Below are positions 42,201 through 64,000 of a stretch of DNA of 64,000 nucleotides, piece by piece; the stretch's first letter is position 1, and each line of letters starts with the position of its first letter. The position numbers were made by a program, and so were the translations under genes. The notes beneath the pieces were generated by a model that saw nothing but the letters and a program-made list of their open reading frames with translations, did no database searches and had not been told where the DNA came from. The stretch covers positions 31,744,001 through 31,808,000 of the forward strand of contig CM022670.1 in the NCBI GenBank assembly GCA_012295275.1, given 5' to 3'. This DNA is from Chrysomallon squamiferum (Eukaryota > Animalia > Mollusca).

Positions 42201-43679
42201 TTATTTTCTGCACCCTTTGTTTCTTACACAAAATTACATTTAGTGGTGTGGCTTAATTTTAATTTTCTTCTGTTGAACTTTCCATAAAATAGTACAGCAT
42301 GTTAATGTCCAGTGCAAAAAATAAAGAAAAAACAAAGAAATCCAATAATAAATAAAATAGAAAAAGCACATGCAATACATGCAGTAAAACCTCATGTAAA
42401 CAGAAATTTAAAATTTGTTTAATGTTCCCTTATTTAAGTAAATATTTCTAGTCAGTACACTGATCAAATTACTATTACTTTTTTAACGTCTGTTTCAAAT
42501 GTGTCATATTGAGTATGTACAGGTGCAATTTGATACTTTGCTGATATATTACCTGGTTTTACTGCATGCAAAATTACCCTTTTGTTCACAGGAAGACATT
42601 TTGTCTTAATAATTGTGCCTCCGAATGAATGTTTTATATATATAATTATTACCATTATTAATGTAATCATTAATGTTGTTTTATATCATTATATAGATTG
42701 TGTGATATTGTGCAATTCAAATAACCCATTCAAATTCATCAGGCTTTTTTTTTAATCATTATTATTGATTTTAGCAACACATTCAAGACCTGTGTATCAT
42801 GAATTATTACATAAGTTGTCACATACAAACACAAGAATACTGTGCCTATTATTTTTTTATTCATATTATGTTCAGTTTTGGGTCAGAAGTATCGCATTGT
42901 TTTCACATCCACATAATTTAGCTTGATATAAACCATAACTTTTAATTGAATGAAGTGATTTTGCATTAGTTCAATAAGAGATCTGTTGAAGAAGAGTATT
43001 ATATTGCTCATCAAAGATTTTAAATAACTAAAATTTGCTAATTTTGTAATTTTAAAGAGAAGCCAGTACATTCTTCTCTCGTTAGGTTGTTAAAACACTA
43101 ATCCAAATGTTAGTACTACACTTCACTAACAGTAATGTAAAATTACCTATCAGCAAACTGATTACACTTAATGGACATAATCAGTGGTTTGAAATTAACA
43201 ATTTTCAGTAGTTTAATATGGAGTATAATAAAACTGATACTAAAACAATAGATATGAAAGAAATTGTTTTATATACATTTTAAATTTTAAGAAAAACATG
43301 TTATACTTTATAAATACAAATTATCAGTGAAATGGGAAAGGTCATTAAAAGAAAATCCACAAATTACAGGAAAATCATACATTTCATACATAGTTTAGAT
43401 TGTAGCTCTATTTCAATATTAGTAATCCCTGTATGTACTTCATTTAGCTAAGAAGTCTCTCTTGTTATTCCTTGTTGAAAATTTTACTGCAGGCAGAAAT
43501 GATTATTATTGTTTGTATATTCGTTGTTAAGAAATCATTTGTTAGTGTCATCATTTACTGTTACTTAAATATCAAATAAAAAATATTTATTTAATTTTGT
43601 CTTTATTATTTGTATATCTAATGCAACTGGCATTGTTATTCTTTGATGGTTTTAAGTTAGTGGTTCTCACAGGATGCAC

Positions 43680-44165
43680 TGGTGCCGCTAAATATATCAG
43701 TGAACATCTTTCACAGAAGGGCAGTAACTCTAAATATATCGGTGAACACCTCTCACACAAGGGCGGTAACTCTAAATATATCAGTGAACATCTTTCACAG
43801 AAGGGCAGTAACTCTATATCGGTGAACACCTCTCACACAAGGGCGGTAACTCTAAATATATCGGTGAACATCTCTCACAAAAGGGCAGTAACTCTAAATC
43901 TATCAGTAAACATCTCTCACAAGGACAGTAACTAAATACATAAGTGAATATCTCTCACACGAGTGGTGCCGCTAAATATATCGGTGAACATCTCTCACAC
44001 AAGGGTGGTTACTCTAAATATATCGGTGAACATCTCTCACACAATGGCGGTAACTAAATATATCGGTGAACATCTCTCACACAAGGGCGGTAACTAAATA
44101 TATCGGTGAACATCTCTCACACAAGGGCGGTAACTCTAAATATATCAGTGAACATCTCTCACAGA
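43680..44165. repeat. 42-bp minisatellite, ~11-12 copies
   Basis: Consensus ATATATCGGTGAACATCTCTCACACAAGGGCGGTAACTCTAA with small indels and substitutions; lies between the convergent SAM and TGS1 3' ends. Confidence 0.92.
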
Positions 44166-44521
44166 AGAAAAACAAACGGTACAGATTAAGGAATTAATGT
44201 TCTAAATGGAACCTGTAATAAACTGACATTCTTTAATTTCAGTTCTATGCATGTTTTTATATACCAGTTAATTTGAAAAAATAATAATAATAATAATAAA
44301 AAATAAAACCTATTTTAACATTTTAAATTACCAGATAATTTAATAAAAAAAAAGAAAAATAAATTTGTAAACTCAATCAATGACTAAAGCCAGAATTATA
44401 AAACACTAATTTTATTCACAAATAAAAATTACATCTAAAGTAAAAAATGTAAATAAAAAATAATACAAATCAATCTTTAAAAAATTCTTCTTCATACAAT
44501 GAATAGAAGTTCTGTTTTCTT

Positions 44522-54743
<10,222 letters not shown>

Positions 54744-55298
54744 TTCTTTTTTCAACTCACACAGTTAACTGTAATAACAATTTACTTTAAAATTAATTTA
54801 GTTAAAAAACAATGTTAAAAAGACAAAAATGTTATTTTATTTTCACATTTATACAAGTTTAGAGTAATTTTCTATTAATATATTATCAAAATGAATATAT
54901 ATATATTTTTTTTAAATAATAATAATAATAAATAGGTTAATCTCACACACAAACGCACACACACACACATTCTACAAACACAAACACACACACCTACACA
55001 CCTACACACATAACACATCTGCTGCAGGAACTATCTGACTGACGTGAAAAATAAGGATTAAAGATGAACAGACCAAAGACAAAGGTCATGCTAGAAAATA
55101 GCATACGAATATATGTCAAAAATATGCTGACAGATAATGAAAAAAGCTGTTTTTTTACTAATTTCTTTAACTTTTTTAAAAATTAAAGCAGATTTTAAGC
55201 AAATATTATTTATAATTTTGTCTTAAAACAAGAGTAGTGATACACTGATACTATACTCAGTATACTGTTTCTTTCTTTGAAAGAAAAGATCATTGTTA

Positions 55299-55402
55299 AA
55301 TTATATATTAATGTTACTGATTACTGAATTTACCAAAATAAATGTAATACAATTATATATTAGTGTTACTGATTACTGAATTTACCAAAATAAATGTAAT
55401 AA
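55299..55402. repeat. 52-bp tandem duplication in the TGS1 5'UTR intron
   Basis: aattatatatta(a/g)tgttactgattactgaatttaccaaaataaatgtaata occurs twice. Confidence 0.85.
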
Positions 55403-55477
55403 AATACCATTATAATTTACATTTATTAATTTCTATTATTAACCATTTAAAGCGAAAACAAAGTTACCATTTTTACC

Positions 55478-55614
55478 TTTGCCGATTAGAGTTATTTCCC
55501 TTAATTTGATACATTTCCGGTTTCTTTTTGCTCTTTTGGGCGATGTTTACAAACATTGTAAACATCATGTTATAGTTTGAAAACTTATGTGACAGCAATG
55601 TTTTCAAAATTAAT
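55478..55614. promoter_or_regulatory. Putative compact bidirectional promoter for TGS1 (-) and the XK-related gene (+)
   Basis: Minus-strand donor ggcaaag|gtaaaa at 55477/55476 pairs with the acceptor at 54769; ETS-like ATTTCCGG at 55513-55520; palindrome GATGTTTACAA-aca-TTGTAAACATC at 55542-55566; XK ATG at 55615. Confidence 0.55.
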
Positions 55615-58272
55615 ATGCCTGCAAAACCAAAAGTCCCAGTCACAAGACGTAGCAATGATTATAACGATTTTGACTATGAAGACACTGCGTTTGAAGTTCA
55701 ACTTCAGGATTACCCTGATATGGGATTTCGAAGAGATGGTATTGCACCCTCTCGACGTAGATCAAAGGACGGTCGACACAGAAGAAAATTACAATTTGCC
55801 TACGATTTCGGATCTTTTGAAATGCTAGTTGGAATTGCATCTATCGTCTTGTTTTACGTTGATTTTGGAAGTGATATTTATCTTGTGATTCAGTATTTTT
55901 TGGCAGACAATATTATTTATGCTTCTGTTTCGCTCGTTTTAACCGCCGGTCCGTCAATTGTTACATGTCTGCTCGGCCTTCACTGGTATATTATTGATTA
56001 CAGGATAGAACAACGTAAATATGAGAACAAAAATAAAAATACCTCAGTTGCTAGTATTAATCCTGTTTCAACAAATTGGTGGGTTGTCAGATTTACCTTC
56101 ACATTATTTCAAATGGGGCCTGTTATTAGGTAAGGAGAAAAATATTTTACTTCTAAATTTTTCGTCTAATTATTTATATATATTTATTTATATTTAATTA
56201 TTATTATTATTATTTTTTATTATTTTTTTATTTTTTTTTATTTTTATTTTTTTGGCCCATTTTGCCTAGTATGTTATAAAATTTATTAGTAAATTAACGA
56301 TTATATATTATGCCAAATTATAATGAGCATGATTTTATGAAATTATATTTATTTTTCAAATGAAAAGAATATAGAACTATGTTACTTACAGATGCACTTA
56401 CATACAAATGTACATTTTTAACTTATGTGGTGCAAACTATTTTATTAAAGATCATGCACCAAGGGATCCATATAATTAATTGTTTTATATGTTTTCTTAA
56501 GTAACATTTGATAAATTAGTTGTTGGAAGGAGACATTACACTATGAAAGGACCACAGATATAAGCAATAACTAATTAACTACAACAGAACACCAGTAAAA
56601 TCGCTAAGATTACATGATTTTAAAATTAATTTTATTTTATTTTTTTATTTTTTTTAATTATCAGCAAAAATAGATTAGGAATTTTTTTTTTTACTGTTAT
56701 ATTTTCAAATGTTAAAAGTCTTTTAAATAATAATGGAAAATACATTTAGCTGATTTACATTATTTAAAAAATTTAATTCCAGGATAGCAGAATATTTACA
56801 TAATGGTAAAAAAACACAGACAGCTAAAACACAAGAAGAGAAAAAACATTTCTACTGGCTGATGTTGGTAGAAGATGTTGATGCTTGTCTGTTAAGATTA
56901 TTTGAGAGTTTCCTAGAGTCTGCTCCTCAGCTGATGTGGCAGTTATATATCTGGATCACTGTGAAACCAAATGAAGATACTGTCATTGGTACTGAAATAT
57001 ACCTTTCATACTTTCATAGTAATTAAATAAATTTTTGTTTTAGTATGAAACAAAAAATCAAAATTACAAAAAAAAGGTATCTAAATTACATTTAAATAAA
57101 GTAATAAAACCTCCATAATTATTACAAAATATTATCAATATGTTTTTAATAATATCTTTAAAATAGTTTTGACATAAAGACTATTGTATATTTATAATTT
57201 ATATTTGATATATGTTTAAAAAAACAACCTGTATTGTTCTAAATGGATGCAGATTAAATAATTAATTTATTATTAATATGACCATAAGATACATGCAAAT
57301 TGTATTTGCTTACAAAAATATATTTTGTATAATTTAAAGTGTTGTTTTACTTTCATTTATTATGTTCCCAAAGAATGATTCTGTGTTGTTTTTTTGTTTT
57401 TTATTATTGTTATACATACATATTCAATAGAATTTAAATTATATAAAAGCATGTTAACCCCCCCCCAAAAAAAAAACATCTTTATTAAAAAAAATTGTTT
57501 TATTTTTTGGGCTATTTCAGTCTCCACAAGAGCCATAGGACTACTTTCCTCCTGGGGAAGTCTGGCAGTCTCTCTTTTGTCATATCACAAATCACTGAGG
57601 TTTTCAAAGAAAGAGAAAGAAAATATGACAAAGCAACAGATGCCTGTTTATCTCATTTGGAGAGCTTTTGAAGTCGGAAGTCGAATATTATGTCTTGCTC
57701 TATTTGCCTCGACATATAAACTTTTTGTTTTCATTCCCATAACCATACACTGGTTTATGGCATCAGTCTGGTTAATGTGCCAAAAAACGTCATTTTACAA
57801 GAATGTTTGTTTAGAAAAAGCCTTCAATGTTATCTGTGGCTATGTTATGATTTTCTGTTACTTAAACCTCCGGGAGGGCCATACACGTTTTCGTTACCTT
57901 GCTTTTTATTTAGTTTTCTATCTTGAAAATGGTGTTATGCTGGCCATGTGGTACTTGTTTACACCTGATATTGGGTCCTGGTTTCATGTCTATGGGTTTA
58001 TTATAGTTTTGATTTTTTTTGTCCTGCACATAATATTTCTACTTTTGTACTACTATTGCTGTCATCCTACTAGTGAAATACAGTTCTGTCTCCCAATAGA
58101 TAAAGAAGGCAGGACCTGCTGGGAATCTCTTTGTTATGATCTTGATGATTCTTCATTACAGCCTCAAGAACGTCCTTCAGGAATGGAAATTATTGTTCCT
58201 GAACCAAGCAACAGTAAAATGATTAATAACATTTCATTAAATTCTTCAGAGAAAAAAAATTCTTTTGTTTAA
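55615..58272 (+). CDS. XK-related protein (XKR/CED-8 family phospholipid scramblase), 490 aa
   Basis: Exons 55615-56129, 56783-56988, 57521-58272 (1473 nt, in frame). Motifs [83 protein letters not shown] and LLYYYCCHP; multiple TM segments; the 3-exon layout is typical of the family. Confidence 0.92.
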
Positions 58273-61200
58273 AACATGTTTACCAGTCATCATCAGGTAA
58301 GACATCATGTGCAATAGTTCATTCTGAGTATTACTTTTATGTTATTCTCTAACTGCAAAAATCATGTTTAATGAAGTTGTTATTCAGGTTTTGAATTAAC
58401 ATTCACCAAAATCTGCAGAAACCTAGGTAGCCTGTGTTACATGTTTGTAGTCAGATATTGGTAACTTTAGTATTATTTTATATATTTATGTACATGGAGG
58501 TAGTGATGCATATCTTTCTGGGCATTCTTTCAATACCAAAATAATTATTTTAGTAGTGGATGTTTATATTTTATACATTTTATATATATTCTTAACAAAT
58601 AATCATAATGTGTTTGTTTTTTCTTTCTATTTTTTTGTTGTTTATTATGTAAACATATTGTACGTGGATATAGAGAATTGTTTTCCACATTTACCATGCC
58701 ATAAAACCAGTCCAGAAGTTGATATAATATTTTACCTTTAAACAGAACTATATGGTACATTAATTTATTTTTGAATATGAATGTAATATATCTTAAGTGT
58801 TCTTTTATTTTAGGTTTGTTTATCCATTACACTGAATTGTACATTAAATATTATTAAGTTTATAAATATCAGTATAGATGTACATATTCAGTCGTCAAAA
58901 AGCTGGTATTTAATAGTTTGTATATTACTATTACATTCAAAAATATATCTAGATGAGAATATTTTTTTATATAACTACAATTGATCATGTATAGTTGTGA
59001 TCACTGTTAATTTGAAGTGCCGAAAGATTGCCATAGTTTTCTTTTTTCTCTAAATACATAAAACAGCAGTTATCTGTCATGACAGATCATTTGTAAAATG
59101 TGTAGTACATGCATCACTCCTTGCCTATCAGAAATATATAGATCTGTGTAGCATTTTCATCTAGAACAGAGAGAATTGGACATTTAATTTATAATTTATT
59201 TTGATTAATTTCTTTGTAAATATTGATTACTTTCTAATCTTTTACACTGTTTTTTTTATACAACATTAATTACATTTGAATAAGCCAAAAAATACAAATT
59301 ACATTATATGTACATAGAATTTTTTTATGAATCCATCTATTAATCTGATCTTTTAAATTTAATTACTATCTTTTTCTAACTTAAGAAAGAAAAACAAATT
59401 TAATGTCCTTGCCATTATTACGGTTACATAAAAATATTATATAATTTTTGCGAAAATTTACACTATAATAATAATAAATATTTCTGTAAATTCAGATCTT
59501 TAATTTTATGTGGTCTTTGGTTTTGAAGCCTACATTATTTAAAATATACAAATGATTATTTATTTATTTATTTATTTTTACTTATAATAATGTGTTAATT
59601 GAAGAACATATAAAAAATAAAATTAAAATTATAAAACCATCTGACATATGTGGCTGCCAGAAGCAAAAAAAATGGACCACCTTGTAAGCAGTGACATTGC
59701 AATTATAGAAAAATGGTAACATACAGATATTTTTAAACATTTCTTTTTTGCAGAATATTCCTTCATAATTAATTTATTAAGACTGGACTGCAAAAACTAG
59801 ATGAAACAAAGTTTGAAATATGCAGACTATGTCTAGACAGTTCCTTTGTATCACAAAATATACACTACATACCATCTTCTGTTGTTGCCATATCCAAAAT
59901 TTGTTCTTTGTTACTTGAGAATATTTCCTTACTTAAATGTAGTTTGAATTTTTGAAGTTCTATATTATATTTGTGATCATGGGATATAATTATTATGTCT
60001 AATAATTGTTTTGTTATCTTTGTAAGATTGTAGATTTGTAAAACCATCAGTAAATTATACCTTTGTATATAGATCAACAATCTATTACCTGAAATTCTCC
60101 TAAATGGACTATAGAGTTTAATTAATAATTTTATGTTGTATATTCTTAAACTGGTGTCTATGCATTCTTATAAAAAGGCAGCATCCATTTTGTTACTAAT
60201 TGTTATTATTATTCAGTAGGAGGTGCATTCCAAACAAAAGGGTGCTGATAGATTCAAGCCAGCAATAAAACACCAATTTAAAAAAAAAATGTTTTGACTT
60301 TTCAAAATAAAGCTAATTGTATCTAATAATTATTTTTGATTCCTGTTTATAAACTACATGTAAATAAATATTCTTTTTTTTTAATTCTTTTTTTCAGATG
60401 TTTATTAATTATATTATTTATCCCAGTGAAATGGAATGGCCATTTTCAGACACATTGTGCAAAGTGTGTAACTTTCCTAGCAACAACACATCCATAATCT
60501 GGAAAAGTTATTTTTGGTAAAAATCAATAAAACTAAACAATCTGTTGATCAGTAAATCTAATCAAAATCCTGTGAAAATATTGATAATTTTTGCATTGTT
60601 ATTACACTTAATGTAAAAGGTAGTACATCCAAATTAGAGTTAGTCTCAATTATGTTAAAAACTGTATTAATGATTGTAAATTAACAGTTCAAAAAAAAAA
60701 AAAAAAAAAATGACACTGTATTTTGTATCATGTCAAATATTTCTAATACTTTCTGAAGATTTACAATATACTATTTTTATCAAACATGTTTATATTAATA
60801 TTTATATGATACTATTCCAAAATTATATATCTTATATCCATGTTTGTAGAAAATGTATTAATATAATAATATTTATATCCAAATAATACTGAACATATTT
60901 GTTAACTGTTATTTATGATAACTGAAATGTTATTCTTGTTTTGTATTATTTCTCTTCATGTTTATTGGATCACAATTTTTTTAGTTTAATATTTATCTTA
61001 TCAGTATATATTGGTCTGTAACCATATTCATTTACTGTTACCTTAATGAGACTAAAAACATTGTGCCATTAATGTGAATCATATAAATCACAAAACTGAT
61101 ACATTAATAATTGAACTACTTAATACAGTCTAATAAATTCATGAGAATCTTTGCTGGTGTCCATAGCAATCAATAGTGCTGTGGAGATCAATAGTTTTTG

Positions 61201-61895
61201 TATTCACCATGACAGCATATATATCAGTGAACTGTTTGTGCGTGTATGTGTATGTATTTCCACTTTCTTTTATTTCTTTTGAATTTTTTTTTTTTTTTTT
61301 TTTTTTTTAATATTTAGTTATTTTATTGACCATTGGCTATGTATTGATCATTATCAAGTGCCAAATTTCATTTTTGTTATAATGCTATCAGTATATTCTT
61401 TACTTATGTAATTATTTTGTTTAATATTTTATTTTTGTTGTTTTAAATTTTATTTATGTATTTATTTATATTTTTAATTGAATTTTGAATTGTATTTCTT
61501 AAAACAATTTAAATGTATTGTATAATAAAAAGAATATTTTACTGATAAATATTTTATTTATTAAAATTAAAAGACATTCATAATTATGAAAAAAATTACA
61601 TTGTTATTTACTAATATTGTATTGTAAAATTCATTTCATGTACTGAAACGTACATAAATTTCATTTACACACAAAATATGAATTATTGTCCAAACTAATT
61701 AATAGCTAACATTTAATAAACTCTATTGTGTACCAATCTTTGACATTTGTTGTTTTTGTCAAAATTAATAATTCAATCCATTATAATGCTGAAATAATTA
61801 TTCAAAACTATTTATGTTAATATGCTATTGGGGTTTTTGCTTCTCTGTTGTTAAAATTGTATTTGTTACTTTCAGAATAAATATATAATATATAA

Positions 61896-63107
61896 TCACA
61901 GCAAACTGATGAGATCATCAATACTGTTGTATCCATAACACTGAGGACATCGAGTCTCTTTTAGATCCTTTCCTTTCAGTTGACCATCTACTAGGTACTC
62001 TTTGTGTATGATACTCTGACTCCAAACAATTACTTCATCAATGAAAGGTGTTTCCACTCCAGCAATAAGACTCAATCCTTTAATAGCTACCAGACCATTA
62101 GGCACATCCTCGACTAAAAATCGATGTCCAAAGTTTGGTACAAATTGTCCATTTTTTTCAGTCATTGGATGATTAAGGCCATTGTAGGCTTCATTTGTCT
62201 GCAAACAGGTCATCAAGTTTCTCTTGTCTTTGATTCTGTCAGGATATGTCTCACGATACCAGTCTGTCAGATGAATCACATTGGACATGCTGAATTTGGA
62301 GTTTTTATTTTGGAAAGCTTTAGCTGTTGCCATTAGTTCATCTGCAATACCACTCAAGTATTTTGTTGCTGTTTCATCAACACCTTGAAAAAACAGTGGT
62401 GCTTTCACAAGAGGTCTACCATCCCAGTCCTTCCATTTGCCATACATGATTGGTGGATTAATTATTGATTTTGTTGACATATAAGTCTCAAGAAAATTAT
62501 TAGCTTTTTTCAAAACTATATCATTTCCAAGGACTTTTTGCATGGTTTGTAATGGATCAAATGGTGGAGGATTGCTTTTACTGCTGATAATGCTTCCTAA
62601 AAGATGTTCTTTTGTGCCTAGAATGTTAACTTTCTTTCCAAATTCTACAATTCTTGTCACCCATGGAAGTGTTTCAAAAGACAAAATTGTACATGATCTT
62701 GCTTTGTCTTTTAAAATACCAAAACACTGGAACTCAAATCCTGGTTGTCCTGGCATTCCCACTATTGCTGTATTTGGCTCTAAATAAGGTTCAATAGCTT
62801 TAAGATATGACTGGTGAACAAATGCAGGTATAACCAGAACAATAAGATTTGAACCTGGAACCACAGAAGCAGGATTACTTGAAACAATGCTTGGACTGGC
62901 CTTTATTTCAGTCTCTGTACCATCCTTGCCTGTTACTTTAACAACAAAGTCATTTTCCTTCAACAGACTGTTCCAGCTTTTTGCCTTATCTTCGGACAGT
63001 GTAAAAACACAAGACTCTGTGTTCTTGCAAGATGCTGCTAACCCAGCTGTAACATGGGCTCCATTGCCAGAACCACAAACCAATATTTTTGTGAAAGACT
63101 GGAGCAT
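61896..63107 (-). CDS. Octopine/opine dehydrogenase-family protein (403 aa), no coding introns, catalytic His apparently substituted
   Basis: Rossmann motif ILVCGSGNGAH, plus IPAFVH, GMPGQPGF, SFETLPWVTRIVEFG, KSIINPPIMYGKW, PLFFQG, LNHPM, RFLVEDVPNGL and TPFIDEVIVW, the pattern of molluscan octopine/tauropine dehydrogenases. Likely ATG at 63107; an acceptor cattcag at 63125 implies a 5'UTR intron. Confidence 0.9.
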   Translation of the reverse strand: MLQSFTKILVCGSGNGAHVTAGLAASCKNTESCVFTLSEDKAKSWNSLLKENDFVVKVTGKDGTETEIKASPSIVSSNPASVVPGSNLIVLVIPAFVHQSYLKAIEPYLEPNTAIVGMPGQPGFEFQCFGILKDKARSCTILSFETLPWVTRIVEFGKKVNILGTKEHLLGSIISSKSNPPPFDPLQTMQKVLGNDIVLKKANNFLETYMSTKSIINPPIMYGKWKDWDGRPLVKAPLFFQGVDETATKYLSGIADELMATAKAFQNKNSKFSMSNVIHLTDWYRETYPDRIKDKRNLMTCLQTNEAYNGLNHPMTEKNGQFVPNFGHRFLVEDVPNGLVAIKGLSLIAGVETPFIDEVIVWSQSIIHKEYLVDGQLKGKDLKETRCPQCYGYNSIDDLISLL

Positions 63108-64000
63108 GCTTATTCTGGTACTTGCTGAATGTGAAAATGTAATGAATAAATAAATTATTGTTTCTATATTTCTACTCATTTTAATGATAACAGTTAAGAG
63201 TTATAAATGAAATTAATACAGTATAATTACTGTATAATCAGAGAGGAAATTATTGCTTCCACTCAGTGGACTACTTTTATGGATATGTACACAGAAATTT
63301 ATTATTTGCTTTCTGCAGAAAACAGAAAATTACTTACAAATTAAACCAGTTTTAGAGCAGTGACTGGAATGGTATATGGACCAGTGACCTCTATGACAGC
63401 TGATCATATGCTCAGACCATTAAATTACAGTTACTATCCTACAAATACAACAATATTTGATAATAATAAGAAAGATCTGTACTTTCTGAAACAATATTAA
63501 AACAATAAATAAAATGCAAATATATTTACTTGATTTGTGGATTACATATTTGGTTTCTACATTCATAGAAAAAAAATGCTTTAATATAATTATTTTATAT
63601 TCTTTTGTGAAAATCATCTGTTCATTAAAACATATTATATGGCTTATGATTTATAAATATCAACCTTATAATTAAAACCAAACGATCATTTTTGTTAATT
63701 GTGTTTAATCTTTAAAGACACTAATATGAAATATAGTGGTTAGAACTAGAAATAATCAAACAATTATTCTTGCACAATTCTGTTATTTCAAAAATGGGCT
63801 AATAATTTTATAAATGATTCAATATTACCTTCATGATAAATTCAAATAATAATATTAATAATAAATAAATCAATAAACATAAAAAGAGATGGAATGAGAG
63901 CCAACACTTTTCTCAGGTTTCATCTCTCTCTCTCTTTAGATCAGTAGATTGGAGAAATGCCAATCTTATTTTCATGACATCTACCGAATCTGCTCATCTG

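Noticed and set aside
43587-43935. Repetitive ORFs, and a CRISPR-like look of the 42-bp array
   Set aside because: Head-to-tail tandem units without unique spacers, indels break the frame, the context is eukaryotic and there are no cas genes.
61520-61565. Facing AATAAA signals suggesting abutting XKR and opine dehydrogenase 3' ends (similar at 43575-43591)
   Set aside because: AATAAA is very frequent by chance at this AT content; it cannot be supported without 3'-end data.
63108-63179. Hydrophobic 24-aa N-terminal extension on the dehydrogenase ORF resembling a signal peptide
   Set aside because: Mostly the polypyrimidine tract and acceptor of a 5'UTR intron; family homology starts at the Met at 63107.

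Overview
AT-rich, intron-containing animal genomic DNA with many microsatellites. It is probably from a mollusc; this is inferred from the opine dehydrogenase and the repeat content, not proven. I assembled seven protein-coding genes by hand from splice sites. (1) The 3' ~3,100 codons (21 exons, including a 4.7 kb exon) of an apolipophorin/ApoLTP-type large lipid transfer protein with VWD, C8 and VWA-like domains, carrying a 1-bp frameshift in the VWD exon. (2) An intronless canonical-length profilin. (3) A second intronless profilin fused to a ~229-aa acidic N-terminal extension. (4) An Aveugle/SAMD10/12-like SAM protein, with a Sola2-like non-autonomous transposon and a truncated copy of it in one intron. 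(5) TGS1 on the minus strand (11 coding exons, 1266 aa) with a clear U12-type AT-AC intron in its methyltransferase domain, plus Gypsy and Tigger relics. (6) An XK-related scramblase lying head-to-head with TGS1. (7) An octopine/opine dehydrogenase-family ORF with no coding introns, whose catalytic His appears replaced by Asn. The best leads are the candidate opine-dehydrogenase pseudoenzyme, the long-tailed profilin, and the minor-spliceosome intron in the snRNA cap hypermethylase. No prokaryote-type systems, tRNA, rRNA or CRISPR arrays were seen. No database searches were run, so family assignments rest on motif recognition.
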